Below are positions 53,758-64,000 of a stretch of 64,000 nucleotides of DNA, piece after piece. Under the pieces are notes generated by a model, which did not search any database, was not told where the DNA came from, and saw nothing but the letters and a program-made list of their open reading frames with translations. The stretch's first letter is position 1; each line of letters opens with the position of its first letter. The translations under genes were made by a program, and so were the position numbers. The DNA comes from Octopus sinensis (taxonomy: Eukaryota): NCBI RefSeq assembly GCF_006345805.1, contig NC_043005.1:37882001-37946000 (forward strand), written 5' to 3'.

Positions 53758-54134
53758 CTTGTTACCAAACCTCACCCGTTTCCAAGAGAGGTATATATTT
53801 CACCATAGTCAGACAGACTTTTCATGGAGTATTGGAAATGAACATAACATTGCTTATATGATAGTGATGCTTGTCTACAACCATTGCATATTGTTAAGGC
53901 AAAATACACTATATATATATATAATATATATGCACACACACACACACACACACACATGTGCATATGTAAATACACACATATATGTAAATATATATGTGTA
54001 AGTGTGCTTTTGTGTATTTTGCCTTAACAATATGCAATGGTTGTAGACATGCATCACCAGTCCTCCATGAAAAGTCTTTCTGACTATGGAGAAATATATA
54101 CCTCTCTTGGAAACAGGTGAGGTTTGGTAACAAG
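53758..54134. repeat. Inverted pair of repeat fragments separated by a ~100-bp microsatellite
   Basis: 53758-53909 (CTTGTTACCAAACCTCACC...GGCAAAATACAC) versus 54012-54134 reverse complement. Near-identical, except the right arm lacks a ~30-bp internal segment. Confidence 0.9.
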
Positions 54135-54689
54135 TTGGAAAATACCACATGGGGGAACAGGAAATCGACCATGTTGTGAACAGGAAATCAACTGTGTGGT
54201 GGACAAGAAATCGGCCAGGTGGCTGGAGGGAAGTAGGAAGGAGCAGTAGATGTGGGGTTATATATGTATATATTTGCATGTATGCATCTGTATTTATACG
54301 AGTATGTACGTGTGCTTAGATGTGCATTCACACAGCTGCATAACTGTTCACAAACACACACACACACACACAGAAACACAAAGGCACACATACACACACA
54401 CACACATGCATACCTTACCTTCATGTACATATGCACATGAGTACACACACATGCATGTAGACACATAAGTGTGCATGTGTATGTGCACATGCACAGGTGA
54501 ATATGTATATGGGTATGCACATATGTACATGTACACCCACAGATACATTCATGTGCATGCATATGGTTAGCAGGTGCATATGCACAGTCATCCACATATA
54601 CTCGTGGTCATGCACAAGGGGTGAGAGTATGTGGGTAGACTGGCATGGAGAAGTATTGGGGATCATTGTACTGTTCATGAGGGTTAATT

Positions 54690-54930
54690 TGTGATGATGG
54701 CCTTGGTGAAGGCTGTGCTAGGGATGGCTGGTACTATGCAGGTATATCAGGGTTGTCAGCAGATGGTGGCTTGAAATTTACCAGAATGGTGTACCTCTGG
54801 TGACAGCAATACGATACCTCATATTTCTTGTTGTGGGATACTGCTGATTAGTAGACGATATGCAGCTTTTTGTGGAAGTACCATTGGCAATTAGGGGCAC
54901 CAGATGAATATGGTGGCACTTTCAATAATT
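54690..54930 (-). mobile_element. Second Penelope-like GIY-YIG C-terminal remnant
   Basis: Minus strand with frameshift: WKIIESA..PYSSGAPNCQWYFHKKLHIVY*SAVSHNKKYEVSYCCHQRYTILVNFKPP. Confidence 0.65.
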
Positions 54931-55356
54931 TTCCACTATATATATATATATATATATATATTTATACAAAATTAAGAGGAATGACCACTAAAGTTACTTT
55001 TGTATGTAACACAATTTTTAATCTTTGGATTTTTAAATATGCTAAGCCACTGGTTTTAATTGATTAACATCAATTTCTACCCTTATTATTTAATTTTATA
55101 CGCACTCACTCACACACACACACACGCACGTGCACACACACACATGCACAACAGGTATCTTTCAGTTTCTGGCTACCAAATCCACTTGCAAGGCTTTACT
55201 AGTGCAAGGCTATAACTATAAAACACTTGCCCAAGGTATTATATAGTGGAATTGAACTGTTTGGATTGGAACCAAGCTTTTTTTAATTACACACCCATTC
55301 CTGTGCTTTAAATCTCACTAATCCCAATTTTGTAAGCTGTAATTAACCAGAGTTAA

Positions 55357-55572
55357 CCCTATAGCATTCAGATTATTTTGTCAAATGTAATGCTTGTTTA
55401 TTCACATTGTTTTGAAGTAACCATGCATTATCCTGTAGATTCAAGATTTCAGTGATGTGATTATTTTTACAATAATATTATATGGTAGCTGTGAGATATT
55501 GGATCTGACCAGTTTGAACATAAAGAAAATAGACTATTTTGACCAGATATAACTGGTTTAAATGCTAAAGCG
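55357..55572. mobile_element. piggyBac-type MITE (~216 bp)
   Basis: TTAA|CCCTATAGCATT ... AATGCTAAAGCG|TTAA: short TIRs with a TTAA target duplication. Confidence 0.78.
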
Positions 55573-56607
55573 TTAAACAATTTTAACTGTGTATGAATGA
55601 CTTGGTTAAGCATCTTAACCACTGAGCCACAGTAAAACTTCAAATAGAAAAAAAAACATTTGTTAGCTATATTTTTTCCCCTTTGTTTTTCAACTTATTG
55701 TTGATGTATTTTTTTGTATTCTAGGAAATTCAGATATCTGCATATAATTATTTTAGTCTTTGCACAAAAAAACTAATTTTAGTCAGACATTTCCATAATT
55801 ATTTGAATTTGCATTAAATAGTTTTAAGATAGATTTTTAAATGAGCAATTGGCTTGATTGTAATGATAGCATATTCATCATTATCATTACCACCTCCAAT
55901 GTACATCGGCTGCCCAGCAAACAGGTTGGACAGTTTGACACAATCCATCTTGCTCTAATATCTTGGACTTGGCATAGTTTCTATAGCTGATTACCATTGC
56001 AAACATCAACCATACTACAGAGTATACTAGGAACTTTTTTGTTGCACTCAGCAAACCTAAAGAGTCTTCTCAATCCTGTATTATCTCTATTCAATTCACT
56101 AACCACCTCTATAATGTGCATGGGGTGCCTTCTTTTGGTGGTACCAGTACTACAGAGAACTCCCACAAATGAAAGAAAGGATAAGAAAAAGCTTAGGAAC
56201 TTTAGGAAAGCTGTTAAGATAAGTTAAAATGTGATGGAAATAAGATGAAAGGAATGGATTAATTATGGTGAGTAATAGAGAAAAGGTTAACAGGAGACAG
56301 AGTTTAAGGTAAACTAATAGAAGAGAAAGGGGTAAAGAAAAAGGTCAAGGAAATAGTAGGGCAGAGAGTAGTATTATGAAGTGGGTTGGGTAAGATGGAC
56401 TCAGTGCCATCCTGGGTTATATATTTATCAGTACCATCATTGTTTTACAGTCAATTTTAATGATGGCATGAGCTAGATAGTTCTTAAAAAGAAAACTGAC
56501 AGTACATACATGCATGACAATACATACACACACACACACATATACATACATATACATACATAGCACACATACAACTGCCTGGATTCCATGACATATGTAC
56601 ATACATA

Positions 56608-57160
56608 CACCTGCCAAGTGTCTATGACCAAAGAGGAGATAACTACATGAAAATGCTTGTCTCTCACCGCCTGGGTAGGTGGTGTTGTGAGCTGAGATAG
56701 ATGTATGCACGCCATTTGTCAACAAACAGGAAATATTTTCTATGGCAAAACGCAGTGAGTAACTTCTACCTCGGTTTGAATGTGCCTCAAACATATTTGG
56801 ACTGATAATAACATTACTGTTTTACTTATCACTGCTTAGTGCTTTCCCGCTGTAATTTACTTGCGATGAGCCACTGTATAGTACTACTAGTAACTGTATG
56901 GTGACTGGAAAAGCACAAGAGAGTCAGTCTCTTCAATCAGCTCAGAATGGCACCTGCCTGATATCTGTGACTGAAGAGGGAATAAACACTCTAAAATGGT
57001 AGCATCTCACAGACTAGGTAGGTGGCGCTGTAAGCTGATCTAGGTGTATACACATCATTTCTCAACAAACAGGATGTATTTTATATGACGAAATTCAGTG
57101 AGTACCTTGTTCACCGGTTCAAACATGCCACAAGCATATTCAGACTGATAATACCAATAC
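56608..57160 (+). mobile_element. Tandem of two ~343-bp pseudo-LTR-like units, each with a decayed type I hammerhead
   Basis: Diverged direct repeats offset by 343 bp (CACCTGCC at 56608 and 56951; shared ...GTAGGTGG...CAACAAACAGG...CAGTGAGTA...GACTGATAATA). Unit 2 HHR at 56965-57013: CUGUGA CUGAAGA GGGG aauaaaca CUCU AAA AUG guag CAU C UCACAG. Confidence 0.62.
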
Positions 57161-57319
57161 AGTTATACATACATACAGTTCACAGCAAGATCCAGATATT
57201 CTCTGTTTGGAAGACATTTAGTAGTGCTCATTTTAGGTAGTAAGTTGCTTGGCTGACATTGTCGTAAATCAAAGTTAATTTTGAGTAAGGATTCTTATAG
57301 TTATAGGATTACATAGATT

Positions 57320-58215
57320 TAATAAAAATGTGCAAATGATGAATACAACCTGTGTTTACAAGATAGTATTATATCTGAGAATCTATTAAGTAATGAGGGG
57401 TTGTGGTAGTGAAGAATGGTTAGAAATTCTCTTAAATATAATTTACACATACTGATGTTTGCATTATATAGGGGAGCCTCACTCATGATGAACCAAGATA
57501 GGGTATAGGGAATACTTTGAGATTTAAGGTTGTGTATATAAGTTGCTAAGGAGGTATATAATTTAGAATTTGGATTAGAGAAAGAGTTCATGTGTGTATG
57601 GTCATAGCATTTGAAATTGACAGTGCCACTGATATAGACCCTTGCTTGGTGGGTGCGTGTTGTTATAACATGACACTTGTAGACTACATTTTTACTTGGA
57701 CAGAAACCCTGAAGAGAAAATAGTTGAGAAACCAGACAATTTCGAGTTTTTCCCCCTTCTCTGTGGCTGGAGTTTATCACTGGGTGGTGGGATCAAGGTC
57801 CAGTGGCCCAATATTAGTGAAGGAGAACCTGAAGTGTAATCTGTATCAGTATTGGTTTGGGAAGGAGTATCACTGCTGGTAGATGTGGTCAAATAGGTAG
57901 AATTGTGTGAAGATGCCTTGGGTCTGGTAATTTTTATTCAAGTGGGGTTACTGAAGGTTGTATTATTTCCACTGGGTGGGTTAATCTGGGGTGCAGTGTG
58001 AGAAATTGAAGGACAGTGTTATAGTTTGCATCTGTTTGAGGAGGCAGTTATGGATCCTAAATTAGGTGTGATAGAGTGGGACATTTTAACTGGTGATTTA
58101 TTAATGATACAGCAATATGTATCAGTATGCAGCACCACTGCACCATGGATCCACATTTTCAAGGAAATGGAGGAAACATTTCATATTTGAACTTGGCATC
58201 ATGTCATTGATGGGT
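57320..58215 (-). mobile_element. Penelope-like element fragment: RT-EN linker and GIY-YIG endonuclease
   Basis: ORF 57319-57780: LQGFCPSKNVVYKCHV...ARVYISGTVNFK...TSLATYIHNLK...YTLSWFIMSEAPLYN...CKLYLREFLTIL...LLNRFSDIILSCKHR. Upstream INKSPVKMSHSITPNLGSITAS matches the PLE linker. Confidence 0.82.
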
Positions 58216-58669
58216 TTAAATGAAATTTTCAACTTCTAGTCCCACACTTCCTCTTCATTCATGAAACCTTTTCTTAATGATCAACTCCCCTTTCACCTAT
58301 CTTTTCCCTTCACATCACTCTCAGCTCTGCCTGCTTCTCCTCATTCTATTTTATATTTCCCTTCTTTCTCTCACTGTTCCCCCTACCACTTCTTGCCCAT
58401 GTATTAAGCTCACATGATCCTGTGTTCCTCATCAGTTGCAGCCTGTTTTGGAGGATTTTATTTTTTTAACTTGGAGGATGAACAATTCCACAGTCTCTCA
58501 TTAATTTCTCTCCTTTCAAAATTTCCTTCAAGAAGGACACCATCCAAAGCATTAGATTTTCCATTCCTCGTGGCAAGTTCATGGTGAGCTTTCTATCAAT
58601 TTCACTATATAATACGAGTCTTACCAACACAGACCACCTCCAGCTTTTGGGAGTCTGTTTGATGATATA

Positions 58670-58729
<60 letters not shown>

Positions 58730-59681
58730 GTTACTGTACATAATATAGATAAATTTATATGTAAATATATATATATATATATAGGTACATATTACATGCA
58801 CACACGCATATATTGTGTGTAAAGATGTCTGCATATGTATATCTATCTTTCACTATATACTCCTATCATTAAGTATGTGCATACATGCATGTGTCTCTGA
58901 CACTGTCATATGCCAGTATATATGATCCATCCATTTATATGTCACTGTCCATTTTCTCTGTTTTATTCTTATTTTTGTATGCATGTATGTGCATGTTCAT
59001 GCATAAAAGAAAATGACCTGATATAATTGATGTTGGATGCTCTTTTCAGATAACATCTATTCAAATCCACTCTAGTATTTTATGATTTTCTGCACGGTTC
59101 TTCATTCTACCATATCCCCATTGACTGAGTTGTCAGAAATAGGCATCAGAGGATCGTGGGAAATGTACAGCGATGCTGATCGCCCATTCATATTATCTAC
59201 CTCTGATTATAAAAGGCCTAACTACAGGTTCTTTTTATTGTGCTTGTGAAAGGCATATGAATATATTTTTCAGGATTTATGCCTTACCAAATATATATGC
59301 ATACACATACATATATGTATAAATACGCAGGTGTGTTTGTGTGAGTGTGTGTGTGTGTGTGTTGTGAGTGCATGCGTGTATGGTAGTTTTACTGGGAGCT
59401 GCATATACTGTGATAGAGATAGAGAACGAAAGTGAGTTGCTGCTTAGGGGGAGATAATTGCTTCTCACCACATATGTATATATACACACATATATATATA
59501 CATATATATATACACACACATATATACATATATATATATGCACACACGTGTATACATATATACACACATGCGTACACATATATATATGTGTATGTGTGTT
59601 TACATACACACACCACATACACACATATATATGCATATATAAATATATATACATGCACATATATACTTATATATACATATG

Positions 59682-59713
<32 letters not shown>

Positions 59714-60508
59714 TATATTGGGTTGTCTGTTTAATGCCCAATTTTGTAGACAAAAACCTTAGAATTTACATGTGTATATATTAGGTTTATATGTACGTAC
59801 ACATTTATATATTTATATGTATATATATATGTACACACAGACACATATATGTACGTATGTACATACATACATGCATGCATAGAGACATACATACATACAT
59901 GCATGCATACATACATGCATGCATGCATACATACATGCATGCATACATGCATACATGCATGCATGCATACATACATACATACATACATACATACATACAT
60001 ACATACATACAAACATACATACATACATACATATATACATACATAGTTCAAACAATCTTTCTTTTAATTTTATAGTTGGCCATGTACCATAATTAGTTAG
60101 CTACAATGACCAACATATTTCTGCTGCACAAAGTAGGTACAGCTGAATATTCAACCCAGCATAATCTGCTTTATTATCAACTGTGAAATTAAAAAAAAAT
60201 TGAAGTTATACCTGTCTCTGTATTCTTTGTAATTGTTTGAAGTTTACACACCTGATAATATTCATAAAGAGTTGCCCATCAGGAAAATTACAGCTGGGCT
60301 GATAATACTAAGAGATCAGGTATGTTTATTACTACCTGATGCAACTAACCATAATATGCAATATACTTAAGAGCCATCATATTACCGAACTGGATATCTT
60401 TATATACTCACCTTATATACATATATATATATACATAATATATATATATATATAATTATGTATGTATATATATATATGTATATATATGTATATATATATA
60501 TGTATGTA

Positions 60509-60578
<70 letters not shown>

Positions 60579-60614
60579 ATATAAGGTGAGTATATAATTT
60601 TGTATACATATAAT

Positions 60615-60646
<32 letters not shown>

Positions 60647-62720
60647 CATCATCATCATTTAACGTCCGCTCTCCATGCTAGCATGGGTTGGACGGTTCAA
60701 CTGGTGTCTGGAGAGCCCGAAGGCTGCACCAGGCCAGTCAGATCTGGCAGTGTTTCTACAGCTGGATGCCCTTCCTAACGCCAACCACTCCGAGAGTGTA
60801 GTGGGTGATTTTATGTGCCACCGACACAGGTGCCAGACGAGGCTCGCGAACGGCCACGCTCGGATGGTGTTTTTATGTGCCACCGACACAGGTGCCAGAC
60901 GAGGCTGGCGAACGGCCACACTCGGATGGTGTTTTTATGTGCCACCGACACAGGTGCCAGACAAGGCTGGCAGACGACCACGCTCGGATGGTGTTTTTAT
61001 GTGCCACCGACACAGGTGCCAGACAAGGCTGGCAGGCGACCACGCTCGGATGGTGTTTTTTATGTGCCACCGACACAGGTGCCAGACGAGGCTGGCGAAC
61101 GGCCACACTCGGATGGTGTTTTTATGTGCCACCGACACAGGTGCCAGACAAGGCTGGCAGACGACCACGCTCGGATGGTGTTTTTATGTGCCACCGACAC
61201 AGGTGCCAGACGAGGCTGGCGAACGGCCACGCTCGGATGGTGTTTTTATGTGCCACCGACACAGGTGCCAGACAAGGCTGGCGAACGGCCACGCTCGGAT
61301 GGTGTTTTTATGTGCCACCGACACAGGTGCCAGACAAGGCTAGCAGACGACCATGCTCGGATGGTGTTTTTATGTGCCACCGACAAGGTGCCAGACGAGG
61401 TGGCGAACGGCCACGCTCGGATGGTGTTTTTATGTGCCACTGACACAGGTGCCAGACAAGGCTAGCAGACGACCACGCTCGGATGGTGTTTTTATGTGCC
61501 ACCGACACAGGTGCCAGACGAGGCTGGCGAACGGCCACGCTCGGATGGTGTTTTTATGTGCCACCAACACAGGTGCCAGACAAGGCTAGCAGACGACCAC
61601 GCTCGGATGTGTTTTTATGTGCCACCGACACAGGTGCCAGACGAGGCTGGCGAACGGCCACGCTCGGATGGTGTTTTTATGTGCCACCAACACAGGTGCC
61701 AGACAAGGCTAGCAGACGACCACGCTCGGATGGTGTTTTTTTATGTGCCACCGACACAGGAGCCATATTAGGCTGGCGATCGGCCACGATTGGATGGTGA
61801 TTGTTACGTGCCCACAGCATGGAGGCCAGTCAGTGCGGTACTGGCTACGCCCACGTTCGGATGGTATTCTTGTGTGCCACCGGCACTGGTACCACAAAGA
61901 TACAAATTCCATTGATGTTCATCTATTTTGATTTTGTTTGATTTTCACTTGCCTCAACAGGTCTTCACAAGTGTCACAAGAAGGAAGGTATGCACAGGTG
62001 GACTGACTACGTCCTAGGTAGGGGCCACGGGTTATGGCCTGACTAGTCTTGCCGGGTCTTCTCACGCACAGCATACTTCCATAGGTCTCGGTCTCTAGTC
62101 ATTCCTTGGTGAGACCTAAAGTTCGTAGGTCGTGCTTCACCACTTCGTCCCAGGTTTTCCTGGGTCTATCTCTTCCACAGGTTCCCTCAACTGCTAGGGT
62201 GTAGCACTTTTGCACACAACTATCTTCAGCCATTCTCGTCATATGACCATACCAGCGCAGCCGTCTCTCTTGCACACCACAACTGACGCTTCTTAGGTTC
62301 AACTTTTCTCTCAAGGTACTTACACTCTGACGATTATGAACACTGACATTACACATCCATCGGAGCATACTGGCTTCATTTCTTGCGAGCTTATGCATAT
62401 CCTCAGCAGTCACGGCCCATGTTTCACTACCATGTAGCATGGCTGTACGTACACATGCATCATAAAGTCTGCCTTTTACTCTGAGCGAGAGGCCTTTTGT
62501 CACCAGCAGGGGTAAGAGCTCCCTAAACTTTGCCCAGGCTATTCTTACTCTAGCAGTTACACTTTCAGCACACCCACCCCCGCTACTAACTTGGTCTCCA
62601 AGGTAGCGGAAGCTATCAACTACTTCTAGTTTGTCTCCCTGGAACATGGTAGAAGTTGGTCTCTGCACATTTCCAGTGTTTATTTCTCCTGAGCATCTGC
62701 CACATACGAAAACTATCTTC
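60647..62720 (-). mobile_element. 5'-truncated RTE-clade LINE: RT C-terminus, 3' UTR and (GAT)n tail
   Basis: ORF 62099-62758 contains LEVVDSFRYLGD...ARVRIAWAKFRELLPLL...YDACVRTAMLHGSETW...RRLRWYGHMTRM...GRDRPRKTWDEVVKHDL, typical of RTE. After a 1-nt frameshift it continues MTRDRDLWKYAVREKTRQD* (stop about 62043). The 3' end reads ...CCCATGCTAGCATGGAGAGCGGACGTTAAATGATGATGATG. Confidence 0.93.
60811..61800. repeat. GC-rich 62-bp tandem array (16 units) inside the RTE 3' UTR
   Basis: Unit ATGTGCCACCGACACAGGTGCCAGACGAGGCTGGCGAACGGCCACGCTCGGATGGTGTTTTT starts at 60813, 60875, 60937, 60999, 61062, 61124, 61186, 61248, 61310, 61372, 61432, 61494, 61556, 61617, 61679 and 61743 (last unit diverged). 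Confidence 0.97.
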
Positions 62721-63519
62721 ATATATATATATATATAATATATATATATGTAAGGCACTGATCTGTGATTGAAAATTCAACAAAAAAAAAACTCTATCTG
62801 GTGAGATAGGTGTATTGCTACCTTTAAATAAATAATACACACACACACATATATATGCCTATATATTTGTATGTATATATGCCTATGTATATATGTATAT
62901 ATATTTGTATATATATATATATGCCTATGTATATATGTATATATATTTGTATATATGTATGTATATACGTACATTCACACACACACACACACACATATAT
63001 TTATGTGTGTATGTACATATAAATTTAATATACATCCATGTGAATTCTAAGTTTTTTCTCTAAAAAATTGGGCATTAAATAGAAAAACCAGTGAATGATT
63101 GGATATTTTCATCCCTGTTTTTCTTGTGTATATATATATATATATATATGTATGTATATAAGTATATATGTGTGTGTACATATATTTGTATATGCATATA
63201 TGTGTGTGTCTAAATGCTTTTGGTGCGAATGGCTTTTCATATACGGCACTGAATTTTACAATCCTGTAAATAATAATAATGGTATTTTTATATCATTATA
63301 TATATATATATTGAGACACATAATACATACAGATGCATATATATTGTGTTTAAAAACGTCTGCATATGTATATCTGTCTTTCACTATATACCCCTATCCT
63401 TTGACTAAACTAAAAAAAACAAGAGCAATAACGACAGAAATGTGATTGGCAAAAAATTAAGTGTTGAAGATGAATGTATTATCAAAATGTGTAGGTCTAA
63501 ATCTGTAGATTATTGTATG

Positions 63520-63525
63520 AATAAT

Positions 63526-63568
<43 letters not shown>

Positions 63569-63662
63569 GAATAATAATAATAACAATAATGATAATAATA
63601 ATGATAATAATAGTAATAGGAATAATAGTTATAATGATAATAATAATGATAATAATAATAAC

Positions 63663-63699
<37 letters not shown>

Positions 63700-63750
63700 T
63701 AAGAGAAGAAGAAGAAGAAGAAGAAGAAGAAGAAGAATCATAATAATAAT
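63520..63750. repeat. Long (AAT)n then (GAA)n microsatellite; many other (TA)n, (CA)n, (CT)n, (GATA)n (23270-23400) and (CATA)n (59850-60050) tracts occur throughout
   Basis: Directly visible in the sequence. Confidence 0.97.
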
Positions 63751-63759
63751 AATGGTTTC

Positions 63760-63963
63760 AAATTTTGTTACAAGGGCAGTCATTTTGGGGGAGGGATGAG
63801 TTGATTACATCGACCCCAGTATTCAACTGGTACTTACTTTATTGACCCCAAAAAGATTGAAGGTAAAGTTGACATTGGTTCACCTTGAACTGAGAATGTA
63901 GCAACAGGTGAAATACACTAAACATTTCTTCCAGCATGCTATCTATTCTGTCAGCTTGCTGCC

Positions 63964-63970
<7 letters not shown>
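63760..63970 (-). mobile_element. Family B SINE; other copies at about 12930-13130, 13690-13900, 14200-14340, 20230-20680 (2), 36520-37070 (2) and 40990-41620 (2) on +, and 27090-27270 on -
   Basis: Same diagnostic blocks as the 7.1-8.5 kb cluster. Nearly all copies abut (ATT)n/(AAT)n. Confidence 0.8.

Positions 63971-64000
<30 letters not shown>

Noticed and set aside
60675-61800. Three overlapping 200+ aa ORFs on +
   Set aside because: Artefact of a stop-free 62-bp repeat cycling through frames, antisense to the LINE 3' UTR.
60811-61800. CRISPR-like appearance of the 62-bp array
   Set aside because: No unique spacers (only two alternating variants), eukaryotic context and no cas genes.
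5792-63783. Dozens of ORFs rich in YI/IY, CV/VC, HT/TH, poly-I, poly-Y, poly-D or F/S/L
   Set aside because: They are translations of (TA)n, (TG)n, (ATT)n, (CAT)n and (CTTT)n microsatellites and have no coding signal.

Overview
Eukaryotic, AT-rich, repeat-saturated DNA. The SINE families, microsatellite load and LINE types point to an octopus (coleoid cephalopod) genome; this is inferred from pattern recognition, not a search. Only one host exon is convincing: a 174-nt phase 1-1 exon on the + strand (52140-52313) encoding one complete sushi/CCP domain, so most of the window is probably very long intron. The remainder is mobile-element debris: three tRNA-derived SINE families, a 5'-truncated RTE LINE whose 3' UTR carries a 16-unit 62-bp array, several R4/Dong-type fragments sitting in (TAA)n tracts, a HERO-like fragment, CR1 and RTE 3' ends, an internally deleted DD37D (maT) Tc1/mariner element, piggyBac-type MITEs and Penelope-like element (PLE) remnants. 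The most notable signal, read by eye, is a set of at least five unrelated minimal hammerhead-ribozyme (HHR) motifs in PLE pseudo-LTR-like sequence. These include a near-intact canonical one (24924-24964, -) and a non-canonical G3-C8/U17 variant present twice inside a ~145-bp fold-back (35.15-35.45 kb). Also notable are four CCAAT boxes phased at 33-34 bp (29267-29371), several fold-back or templated-insertion scars, and a near-identical 880-bp tandem duplication. Almost all ORFs in the supplied track are microsatellite artefacts. Repeat boundaries are approximate unless termini are quoted.
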